From the IMG/VR virus record IMGVR_UViG_3300037963_005450, positions 1 to 64,000 of that record: a stretch of 64,000 nt of DNA; one strand, given 5' to 3'. Shown here piece after piece: positions 30,301 to 38,336 of this stretch (the first letter of the stretch is position 1; every line of letters starts with the position of its first letter). Below the pieces are notes generated by a model. It saw nothing but the letters and a program-made list of their open reading frames with translations. It ran no database searches and was not told the origin of the DNA. The position numbers and the translations under genes were made by a program. This stretch comes from a virus.

Positions 30301-30838
30301 TAGACATTGCATAAATATTTGCATTAGGTACAAATTTAGGAATAGGCATATTTAAAGCTTCTTCTGGAGAAGCATTTATAAAATCTTGCATTTCATAATT
30401 CATTCTTTTAATACCATCTCCATTCCCGTATTTATCTCTTTCTTCTGCATTATCAGAATCTCTAAATCTATATGCTTTTGCTGTTTCTTTTTTTAAAGCA
30501 GCAGTTCTAACTAAATCACCAACAATTAATTCGTCCTCATAAAAAGGTTTAAATAATGCTTTAGCAGCATCTGCATTTTGAACCATTGATAAATCCATTC
30601 CTGCTATTTGTTCTAATCTAGGTGCTAATTCTTGTGCATATTGATCTCTTTGCTGTTGAGTATCTAATCTTGATAAATCAGAATGAATTAACCTACCATA
30701 AACATCATTAATTGCTTTATAGTTAGTTTCATACCTAGTTGTTTTTGTGTCCAATACATCAGATAAAAACTTATAATCTGGTGTAAATGGTTGAAACGTA
30801 GGCATAAATGTTTGCGTTCCTGGTATATAAGTTGCCAT
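27365..30838 (-). CDS. Large virion cargo protein preceding the RNAP (1157 aa)
   Basis: Long ORF; helical N-terminal region; occupies the position of the RNAP-flanking ejected protein in crAss-like phages. Confidence 0.7.
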   Translation of the reverse strand: MATYIPGTQTFMPTFQPFTPDYKFLSDVLDTKTTRYETNYKAINDVYGRLIHSDLSRLDTQQQRDQYAQELAPRLEQIAGMDLSMVQNADAAKALFKPFYEDELIVGDLVRTAALKKETAKAYRFRDSDNAEERDKYGNGDGIKRMNYEMQDFINASPEEALNMPIPKFVPNANIYAMSMDLLKNAWGEGKGMTLTQDFLENGWKIKKTNGDLLTNRVVGYAKTGELDENGQEKLQPITENIAAAFVQKQLMQDPRVLDSEWTKAYVGSREAAENGYVSSGQTLYGDAAKRAWATDRIEFAKLVNDKRLNLAKTNQNKVTTNATSWQTYKDKYGIVKGSPQEMEFLKQIMAIEAANQEVEVATDVNANTKDLDPVQINQTEDLKGLLNQAYGIVISSNIMSEISDASILYAAGTEQMEMEIDQKWKMYKQQEFDLQKKSYQHQLDLNKIIAKANADDWVNQEKEKRESEKEKKDKYWSNWLESLIQGKDFDSGGNMNLGYVPDADGDPNPNAPINQMDNQKVEKEFWNKAIPEAKWDAIKSFYQERDALDNPENQGFFEFYNALEGKTEKMSWSDAKNFFMKNQGALNLMYDDTKRKVEKVSGKDNGFMPNMAESDNFPSIKAKFDNTSGLVQKYTDGGWKKMMVDYGNLMTNKNMTIDGKKSSIEAFEKASIVKPYISPFETMLLEDVLKSDAKGLKYKDKAGTEHTLKKDDPKLFSKIETIYGINVGKLKKGEDDIPLDSWEALEYTKRLLSKERFKELYFNSKTSHYKWVPGHNETTSYVGGGPGGMLGGSKTYWVPGKYEKSAGQLVKEGGGPDQIYDSYAYAINRPYTSAYAGMKDNDGNPLEQPIFSHYQYMQGTSAKDMSAEGGTKYPIFTQYIDPLNLEKDDALMMGEIIKILNGPEATYAVGFGEQPFTIGAATVENPKGSDEARNLVIGTIQNSIKDAQSGSKAQGRNTFSIKYFSGYGGGATTSKKAAYQIQVPKKTAQTLQKYLTGETSDLITNIDKQTVTIMFDKSLDNNPKGLPDLVHSTTDYNIQKNDGVYKWTVPSTGPSLSLNVWKDNGIYYRSFGAVTFDDKTGTVKQHPDVEAGRAAPILNKYTGQPVEKQDLDMWMQGFQKEALQNHNRFIKIPMQTWKKNNPNKTVQYNIPKALTN

Positions 30839-30857
30839 AATACTAAATTACTAAAAT

Positions 30858-30899
30858 TTTTTAAGTTTGCTTGTTTTTCTTTTCACACTTTTTAAGTTT
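30858..30899 (-). repeat. 11-bp direct repeat AAACTTAAAAA x2 upstream of the RNAP gene trio
   Basis: tttttaagttt at 30858-30868 and 30889-30899 (31-bp period), followed on the minus strand by TTTAGTAATTTAG, a variant -7-like element. Confidence 0.4.
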
Positions 30900-30900
30900 A

Positions 30901-33900
30901 TTATACTCCCATTTTTCCTGTATAAAAAGGTCTAGCCCATTTTTTTAATTCTTTTCCTTTTTTTGCATAACCAATAATTTGACCTTGATTATTAAATATT
31001 GGTCTTCTACCACCACCACCAACATTAACATTGGCTCCTCCAGGATATCCTTGTGTTTGATTAAATCCTGATGGTCCATATCCGGTATACATCATATTAG
31101 GATGTGTATTATAATTATAGACATTAGTACCTGGATAACCTTGGTTATTTGTAGTTCCTTTAGTTGGTGCAGGTGCTCCTCTTAAATAATCATTAATCAT
31201 TGTATTAGTTACCTTGCCATCAGATCCTGCTATTTCTTGTAATTCTTTATAGGCATTTTTATATTGTTCTTGATAACTAGCTTTATCAGCTGTAGGTTTA
31301 TCACCAGTAAAACTTCTTTTACCTACTTGTCTTACAGTACCACCTTGACCAGGCATTACATGATAATATGGATTTTTGGCATTCATTGCTTGTGTGTTTG
31401 CCGCATTTGTATAGTAACTAGCTAATTTTTGAGCATAGTTCCAATCATCCATGTTTCTTTCATTCTGATAGTTTTGAAGTGTTCTATTAACGTCATCAAC
31501 ATATTTTACATTTCTGTTTCTTCTCTCTAGATTAGTTTGAGCATCTAATTTTGCTTGATCTCTAAAATATTGATTTTTAATGTTAACGTTATTAGTTTGA
31601 ACTCTTTGTAAAGCTTTAGCATTAGCATCCATTGCTTCACCAGCTGATTTACCAGTAAATGCTGCTAATCCTTGTCTACCTCCAAATGCTCCTGCTGCTT
31701 GATCACTTATAGCTTTTGCTGCATTATTTGCTGCAATTTGTGTTGTTGGATCATCTAAAACATAATCTAGTTCTACTCTTTCTACATCAGGTTGCCAAGG
31801 CATAAACATATCTCTCCTTGGATTTGTATTGAGAAGTATTTCATCTTGTAACCAAGGCTCCCATCTTGCTTCTGGTGCTTTTGCACAACATAAATAAGAT
31901 ACTGATCCATCACTACACGGACATCCTTTTTTAATTTCTGTTTTTGGTTCTGGTTCTTCTTTTGGTTCTGGACAAGGAGGACACTCTTCATCTTCTTTTA
32001 CTTGTGTTGTAGTTACATTTCCATCTGCATCTGTACAAGGACAATCCTTTAAACCAGGAGGTGGTGGAGGCAATTGATTAGCCAACAATACACTAGTTGC
32101 CGTGTGATCTCCTACAATACCATCTATTTTAGATGGATGATATGCATCTGAATCATAAACTTCTTGTTTTTCTCCTTGAGTACCTGCAAATTCACTACCT
32201 AAAAATTCCATTCCAGATTCATCTTCAGCATCAGCTTTTCTAAATCCTTGCATTCCTGCTTGGAATTGCATTATGTTATTTTTATCACTTGCCCATTTTA
32301 TTGCATCTTCTGGATTTAACCCAGTGTATTCTTTTAAATAATTTTGAACATCTTCATCTGCAAGAATATTTTTCCAATATCCAGAATCAGCTTTATTTTT
32401 TAAACCTTCTGCAACTTTTCTTCCTAAATCACTATCTTGATTTTTTAAATCTCTTAATGTTAAATTAATGGCATTACCCATTAATACATTTTTTTGAAAA
32501 TCTTCAGAACTTGTTCCTTTAACGCCTTTTGGATTATAATCTTTACTATCCACTATAAAATTATATCCAGCATATGCTTTATCTAAATATTCTACCCATT
32601 GTGCGTTTTCACTAGCAAATACTTTTTCAAGCTTTTTATAATCATTAAGCTCATCCCATAATTCTTTTTTCTCTTCAGGATTATCTGTATTTTCATATTC
32701 TTCTGTTAATTCATTTATAACTTTATTAACATCTTCTTTATTTTCAATTTTTTTATCTTCAATTTTTTCTTGATTTGTTATATCAGTAATGATTTGTGCA
32801 CCATTGTATTCATCAGGATCATATGCGTCATATTTACTAACAGACCCTTTATCATATGTAAAGAATTTATCTGATGTATTTTTTGGTTTAACTGAACTAA
32901 ATGTAACATTTCCATTATCATCTACTTCTCTTATAGTTTGTGTTCTAAAATCTCCTTTTTCTGTAAATCCTTCAGGATAATCTAACCCATGCCTTTCTGA
33001 TAAAAATTTGATTCTTTCTTGCCATACAGGATAGTTTGTTGACATACCAGTAGCTGGATCAATTGGATATGTATCACTGCTTGTATTCTTATAAATATCA
33101 GTAACTTCTTCCAATAATCTACCTGGATCAATTTCAGCTAAATTAATTCCTTTTACATCATTAATATCTAATTCAGCAGGTTTTCCATCTTTTGACCAAT
33201 ACTTAGATCTATCTTCAGAAGGTATTAAGCCTTGTGCAATACCAGCAGCTACTCTAGGATCAAAACCACTGTTTACATTAAACATTCTCATTAATTCCCC
33301 ATTAGCAGTACCCATTAAATTTGGATTAGCTTTTAATTCAGGAAATAAAGATTGTATTCCCATTTTTGAATTACCACTTCTCATATCACCCTCTAACTCA
33401 CCTTCTCCATCATATTTTGCAAATGTTCCTGCAGGTTGATTTGTTGGGCCAGCTTTACCATCTACAACATTTCCTATATTTGCTTCTAATACTTTTTGTA
33501 CCTCTGTAAAGTCATCTAACTTAATAGCATTATTAAGATTTGTTCTTTGTACATCTGATACTGCAGGATTAGAATATGTATCTGATTCAGGTTCTTCAAC
33601 TGTCTCTGTTGTTTTTTCAGTTACAACCGTTTCTTCTTGAGGTCCTGGTGTTGGTGCATTTGCTAAAATATTAGCAGTTAATGGATCTGCATCTGTATCT
33701 GTATCTGCAACATTCATTAAATTTTGTTGTAATACATTGCTAGGCATTTGTATTTCCTCACCTGAAACTGGATTAATTGCTGACATTAATGGAGCACCTT
33801 CAGTTTGAACAACTGGGTTTATATTTTCAATAACCGGTTGTTCTCTTGGATCTATCTTTTCTTGAATCTCCATTGTATTTTGTATATCTGCTAAATCTTC

Positions 33901-35229
33901 TTGACTAAATACATTATTTTGTATCATAGCAGCTATCTCATTATGAGTAGCTTGTCTTAAAGATGGATCACTCATCATCATTTGCCCTTGTTGGACTCCA
34001 AATAACATAGGTGGTTGATTACCAAACCTTTGAGCATTCCCATATTGATCTACAAATTTAATTTCATACATTCCATCACCTGCATTGTTTGGATCTATTT
34101 GTTGACCTCTTGCATCTACTACTATTGCAGTTAATCCCATTGATGCTGCTCCATCAATATATGGTTGTATACCATCTATTAAATCAATTCCGTCTGCTGA
34201 AGGTATAGGTTGTTCAGTAGCTATAGGACCAACCTTTTCTCCTCTAAGTTGAAATTCAGGTAGTTCATATCCATATTGAGCCATTGGCATTGGAGCAGAC
34301 ATAGCTCCTTGATCCATAGGAGGCATCATTTGTTGTGGAGGCATTCCTTGTTGTGACATAGGATCCATTCCAGGCATTCCTTGCATAGGAGGTGTTCCCA
34401 TTTGTTCAGGTTGCTGTGAAGGATCTTGACTAGTTGCAGCTTGTTGTTGCATTGCTTGTTGTTGCAACATTTGTTCAACCATTGCAACTTGCTCTCTTTG
34501 TTCTGGAGATAATTGTTCTAATACTCTATTTTGAGCTTGTTGCATACCCAACTCTTCTACTTTAGCAGTAAACTCTATTGGATCCATTCCTTGCTCTACT
34601 ATATAAGGATGAGCAGCTAAAGGAACACCATCTTCCCAATCTTTTTTAGCTTCTTGTCCAAATGCAAGTTTAGATAAACTTCTTTTATTTTTATCTAACA
34701 TTAATTCTGCACTACGCAAACCAATATTATCTGTATAAGGATCTACAATATTTTTGTAGTATTTATTTAATTCAAATTTTTTAGATATTTTGGCAGGTGT
34801 TTTTTTCTTTTTAGATTCAATGCCAAATTCAGCCATTTCTGACTTATTAAATTTCATTTTAGTTGTATCAGAAAATACAAAAGATTGTTCTGGTAAATAC
34901 ATTGGTACACCACCACTACCATGTCTTGGCCCCTCTATATCATAAAGACCAAACATTCCATCTCCATTTAGATCAGTTAAAACAGTTTCTCCACCTTCAG
35001 CTTCAATATTAGCTTCATCTCTTGGAACAGAAGATAAACTATATCTAACATCAGGAGTATCAGAATCATTAAGTTCTGTACCATAAGCAGCATTTGTAGG
35101 AACTGTAACAAGACCCCAATTAAATTGATCTCCGGTAGTTAAACTACCACCGTCTTTTTTTTGTTCTACTACTTGACCGTTTTCTAATGTAAAACCTTCA
35201 GGTAAATTATTTATTTTAATTTTAGCCAT
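30901..35229 (-). CDS. Virion cargo protein, cargo-protein-1-like (1442 aa)
   Basis: N-terminal NIEAEGGETV...GPRHGSGGV...FVFSD block, which I recall from crAss-like cargo proteins; Gln/Met/Pro-rich tract; Cys/Pro cluster; Ala/Gln-rich helical C-terminus. Confidence 0.65.
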   Translation of the reverse strand: MAKIKINNLPEGFTLENGQVVEQKKDGGSLTTGDQFNWGLVTVPTNAAYGTELNDSDTPDVRYSLSSVPRDEANIEAEGGETVLTDLNGDGMFGLYDIEGPRHGSGGVPMYLPEQSFVFSDTTKMKFNKSEMAEFGIESKKKKTPAKISKKFELNKYYKNIVDPYTDNIGLRSAELMLDKNKRSLSKLAFGQEAKKDWEDGVPLAAHPYIVEQGMDPIEFTAKVEELGMQQAQNRVLEQLSPEQREQVAMVEQMLQQQAMQQQAATSQDPSQQPEQMGTPPMQGMPGMDPMSQQGMPPQQMMPPMDQGAMSAPMPMAQYGYELPEFQLRGEKVGPIATEQPIPSADGIDLIDGIQPYIDGAASMGLTAIVVDARGQQIDPNNAGDGMYEIKFVDQYGNAQRFGNQPPMLFGVQQGQMMMSDPSLRQATHNEIAAMIQNNVFSQEDLADIQNTMEIQEKIDPREQPVIENINPVVQTEGAPLMSAINPVSGEEIQMPSNVLQQNLMNVADTDTDADPLTANILANAPTPGPQEETVVTEKTTETVEEPESDTYSNPAVSDVQRTNLNNAIKLDDFTEVQKVLEANIGNVVDGKAGPTNQPAGTFAKYDGEGELEGDMRSGNSKMGIQSLFPELKANPNLMGTANGELMRMFNVNSGFDPRVAAGIAQGLIPSEDRSKYWSKDGKPAELDINDVKGINLAEIDPGRLLEEVTDIYKNTSSDTYPIDPATGMSTNYPVWQERIKFLSERHGLDYPEGFTEKGDFRTQTIREVDDNGNVTFSSVKPKNTSDKFFTYDKGSVSKYDAYDPDEYNGAQIITDITNQEKIEDKKIENKEDVNKVINELTEEYENTDNPEEKKELWDELNDYKKLEKVFASENAQWVEYLDKAYAGYNFIVDSKDYNPKGVKGTSSEDFQKNVLMGNAINLTLRDLKNQDSDLGRKVAEGLKNKADSGYWKNILADEDVQNYLKEYTGLNPEDAIKWASDKNNIMQFQAGMQGFRKADAEDESGMEFLGSEFAGTQGEKQEVYDSDAYHPSKIDGIVGDHTATSVLLANQLPPPPPGLKDCPCTDADGNVTTTQVKEDEECPPCPEPKEEPEPKTEIKKGCPCSDGSVSYLCCAKAPEARWEPWLQDEILLNTNPRRDMFMPWQPDVERVELDYVLDDPTTQIAANNAAKAISDQAAGAFGGRQGLAAFTGKSAGEAMDANAKALQRVQTNNVNIKNQYFRDQAKLDAQTNLERRNRNVKYVDDVNRTLQNYQNERNMDDWNYAQKLASYYTNAANTQAMNAKNPYYHVMPGQGGTVRQVGKRSFTGDKPTADKASYQEQYKNAYKELQEIAGSDGKVTNTMINDYLRGAPAPTKGTTNNQGYPGTNVYNYNTHPNMMYTGYGPSGFNQTQGYPGGANVNVGGGGRRPIFNNQGQIIGYAKKGKELKKWARPFYTGKMGV

Positions 35230-35231
35230 AT

Positions 35232-38200
35232 CTATAAAATTTCAATGTCAGCACCTGCTGCTATTAGTTTTAATAATGTATCATATGATACTTCTGCTTC
35301 TCCCGTAGTTGGGGTAGGGGGTAGCATTTGTTGTAAATTATTAAATGGATCTCCTCCCATTTGAACTACTTTATTATCAATAAAATATCCGGTATTTTCA
35401 TCTTGATCTCCTCTATCAGTAGCTGCAACCATACCATATATTTTGTCAGCTTGTGTACGGCTTTTATCATTTTTTTCTTGAAGAAATTTACCGTACCTTA
35501 AAAAATCTGTAGCTGCATCTGCAACATTAACAACACCTTCAGAAAATTTACCAAACTTTTGTACACCCGGTCTATCAAGTTGACGGTTTGTCCAATTAGT
35601 TATTTTTTCACCAGCAGTATCACCATATCTTGAATCTACTACAGATGGATCTACAGATAAATCTTTTTCAGGATCATCTGCAGGAGGTTGATTTTGTGGA
35701 CCTACCATTGGAGCTTTTGGATATAAATCATTTACACCATCCCCATCATAATCAATTGTACTTATAGGTAAATCATCATCTTGAAGTGGAGGTATATTAT
35801 TTTTAGTATCACCTGTATTTTGATTACCCATATTAGCAACTTGATTAAATGTTGCACTTGGATCATTATCAACATTTAAATTAGTTTTATCAGCTTCTAA
35901 TAAATTAGCAGTAAGTTGACCAGGTTCTGTTGTTAAGTTGCTATAATCTGTATCATCATCATCAGTATTTGATAACATGCTATTATTAACAGGCCCAACA
36001 TTATTATTTGTTGGTCCAATCATTGAAGTTTCAGTTGCTGTTTCTTCTTCTTCTTGTTCACTTGTAGGGTTATAAAAAATACTATTAGGATTATCTGTAC
36101 TAAATACAGATTGATCACTCATCATTAATTGAGGTTCTGGTAAACTTGATTCAATTATTGATGGTGGCCTCATTGGTGCAATAGTATTTGGATTTCTTTT
36201 AGCATTTATAGTTATTTCATCTAAATCTTGATCTAAAGGTATATTATCTGTTCTTTTTAAATACTCTAATAATTTTTTATTTTCAGAAGCTGTACCAGTA
36301 TAGCCACTTCCTAAACCAGATGCTTTAAATAAATCAGCTCTTTCTGCTATTGAAGGTAAATTTCCTTCATAAAATTCATACAGGTTAGATGCGTTTTCAC
36401 CACCACCTTGTCTAAAAAGTTTTCCTGGATTTGCAAATACTTTTGGAGCTAATTTATGTCCTAACCATTGACTACCATATCCTGTTAACCATCCAGCTCC
36501 TGCACCTAATGCAGTTCTACCAAGGGTTTTTCCCCAAGCCTTTCCTACATTTCCTGTAGCAAATTCATCTGAACTAAAATAACCAGGTCTATTTGGATCT
36601 TCTCCAATACCTAATTCCATATTTGCACGGTTAGTATAATCTTTCCAATCAGTTGAACCAGCAGGGCATGTATTATCTGTACACATTTGTTGTGCAGTAT
36701 TTTTAACCTTTATGTTTTTACTTATACTAGAACTAGGATTTGTAAAACTTGAAAGCAAACCAAATGTTGCTCCTGTTCCTAACCCTATTTTTTCTGCATC
36801 AGTAAGTTTTGGTAAATTAAGATTAAATTCTCCTCTATATTGATATGATGGCAATCCTTGTTGCATAGCCAAATACTCTTCATGTGTTGCACCAGGATGT
36901 ACTGTACCATCAGGCATAGTGTGTGTTGGTGTTCCTTGATTAACAACTTGCATAAATGCTTGTAAAAATTCAGGCCCTACTTTTTTTAAATCTTTTTGCA
37001 TAGAATCATGTTCCATAAGATTTTCACCACCATGTGATAAAGAGCCTCCATGCTTTTTAAGAGTATTTTCATACATTGCTGTTTTATAAAAATCTGGATT
37101 AACTGTACCTGGTGCATAAGATGTACCATACCCATCTTTATCTATACCTAATGTTGTTCCTGTTGGTATCCCAGTTTCTTTTTCTGTTTGACCATAATAA
37201 TCAAAAAGCATTTTTGCTTGATCAGGATTATCTTTCATTCTTTGACCAAACTCTTGTAAATCTACTGCATCATGTTTTCTAATGTTTCTTCTATTGTCTC
37301 TTTTATTATCAGAAGCATACATTTTATACCTTCCTGTTTCTTCATCAAATGCTATACTAGAGTTATCTGTAAACCTTTGAAGTACATCATCTTTACTAAG
37401 AACTTCTCTATTTGTTTGATCAAAAACATAATTCTCTTTAAAGTCAGCTTCACTTCTTGGAGTTCCATCTGCATTTAGTCCTGCATCAATTGTATGTCTT
37501 TGGTAAGCTCCTTTATTATCTCTCCATTCTTTCTTTCGTGATTTATACCCCGGAACACTTTTTTGTTCTTTTGTGTCTCTTCTAAAAATACCATCAGAAT
37601 GACCATCACCATCTCTATCTTTTTTGCTAAACAAAGTTCGTCCAAAATCAGCTACAGATGTAACAAGATTAGCCAATGGGTTTTGATGCATCATTACATT
37701 ATTGTATAATGGTCTTGGCATTTTAGGCATATTTAAAACATCAGTTTCCCATTTTTGATCTGTACCATAATCTGGAAGATACAATGATCCTCCTCCTCTA
37801 CCTATTCCTCTTTGATGTGGTGGAATAAATGCTCCTGTACTGGCTTTAGGTAACATTGCTTCTAATTGAGCAATATCCTCTGAACTTGCTGGCTCAGGAT
37901 TTTCTTGCATCATTTGATCAGGTAATCCATATTCTTGTGGAATATTTGGATTCATTGGAGCCATTTGCTCTTGAGCTGCCATTTGATCAGGTGAAGCTTC
38001 TGGCATCATTGGTTGTTCCATCATACCCATTTCTTCTTCTGAAGCTTTGGCGTTTAATTGTTGAACAGCAACATCTATTGCTGCAATTACCTGATCTTCA
38101 GGCATTCCCAAACTTTCAAATGCAACTTTAATATCTTGTTCTGAAATTTGCATTTGCAATAATTCAGCAATTAATGCTTCCGGTTGTGCTCCACCTTCTA

Positions 38201-38291
38201 ATTGCTTTTTAATTTGTAATTGCAATTCCATTGGTGATGGCATATTTGCTTCACCTCCTTCTTGATATTTCATACGTTTTATTGTGCCCAT
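35232..38291 (-). CDS. Mosaic low-complexity virion protein with glycine-zipper segments and DUF3597-like domain (1019 aa)
   Basis: GLGTGATFGLL and LGAGAGWLTGYG hydrophobic segments; SIAERADL...GYTGTASENKKLLEYLK (DUF3597-like); DxDGDG loops; multiple GG motifs. Confidence 0.65.
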   Translation of the reverse strand: MGTIKRMKYQEGGEANMPSPMELQLQIKKQLEGGAQPEALIAELLQMQISEQDIKVAFESLGMPEDQVIAAIDVAVQQLNAKASEEEMGMMEQPMMPEASPDQMAAQEQMAPMNPNIPQEYGLPDQMMQENPEPASSEDIAQLEAMLPKASTGAFIPPHQRGIGRGGGSLYLPDYGTDQKWETDVLNMPKMPRPLYNNVMMHQNPLANLVTSVADFGRTLFSKKDRDGDGHSDGIFRRDTKEQKSVPGYKSRKKEWRDNKGAYQRHTIDAGLNADGTPRSEADFKENYVFDQTNREVLSKDDVLQRFTDNSSIAFDEETGRYKMYASDNKRDNRRNIRKHDAVDLQEFGQRMKDNPDQAKMLFDYYGQTEKETGIPTGTTLGIDKDGYGTSYAPGTVNPDFYKTAMYENTLKKHGGSLSHGGENLMEHDSMQKDLKKVGPEFLQAFMQVVNQGTPTHTMPDGTVHPGATHEEYLAMQQGLPSYQYRGEFNLNLPKLTDAEKIGLGTGATFGLLSSFTNPSSSISKNIKVKNTAQQMCTDNTCPAGSTDWKDYTNRANMELGIGEDPNRPGYFSSDEFATGNVGKAWGKTLGRTALGAGAGWLTGYGSQWLGHKLAPKVFANPGKLFRQGGGENASNLYEFYEGNLPSIAERADLFKASGLGSGYTGTASENKKLLEYLKRTDNIPLDQDLDEITINAKRNPNTIAPMRPPSIIESSLPEPQLMMSDQSVFSTDNPNSIFYNPTSEQEEEETATETSMIGPTNNNVGPVNNSMLSNTDDDDTDYSNLTTEPGQLTANLLEADKTNLNVDNDPSATFNQVANMGNQNTGDTKNNIPPLQDDDLPISTIDYDGDGVNDLYPKAPMVGPQNQPPADDPEKDLSVDPSVVDSRYGDTAGEKITNWTNRQLDRPGVQKFGKFSEGVVNVADAATDFLRYGKFLQEKNDKSRTQADKIYGMVAATDRGDQDENTGYFIDNKVVQMGGDPFNNLQQMLPPTPTTGEAEVSYDTLLKLIAAGADIEIL

Positions 38292-38301
38292 TATACTATA
38301 T

Positions 38302-38312
38302 TAATATACAAA
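38302..38312 (-). promoter_or_regulatory. Putative late promoter motif TTTGTATATTA (copy 3)
   Basis: Exact motif about 11 nt upstream of the ATG at 38291. Confidence 0.6.
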
Positions 38313-38336
38313 TATTTATGCAGATTGCCTAAATTA

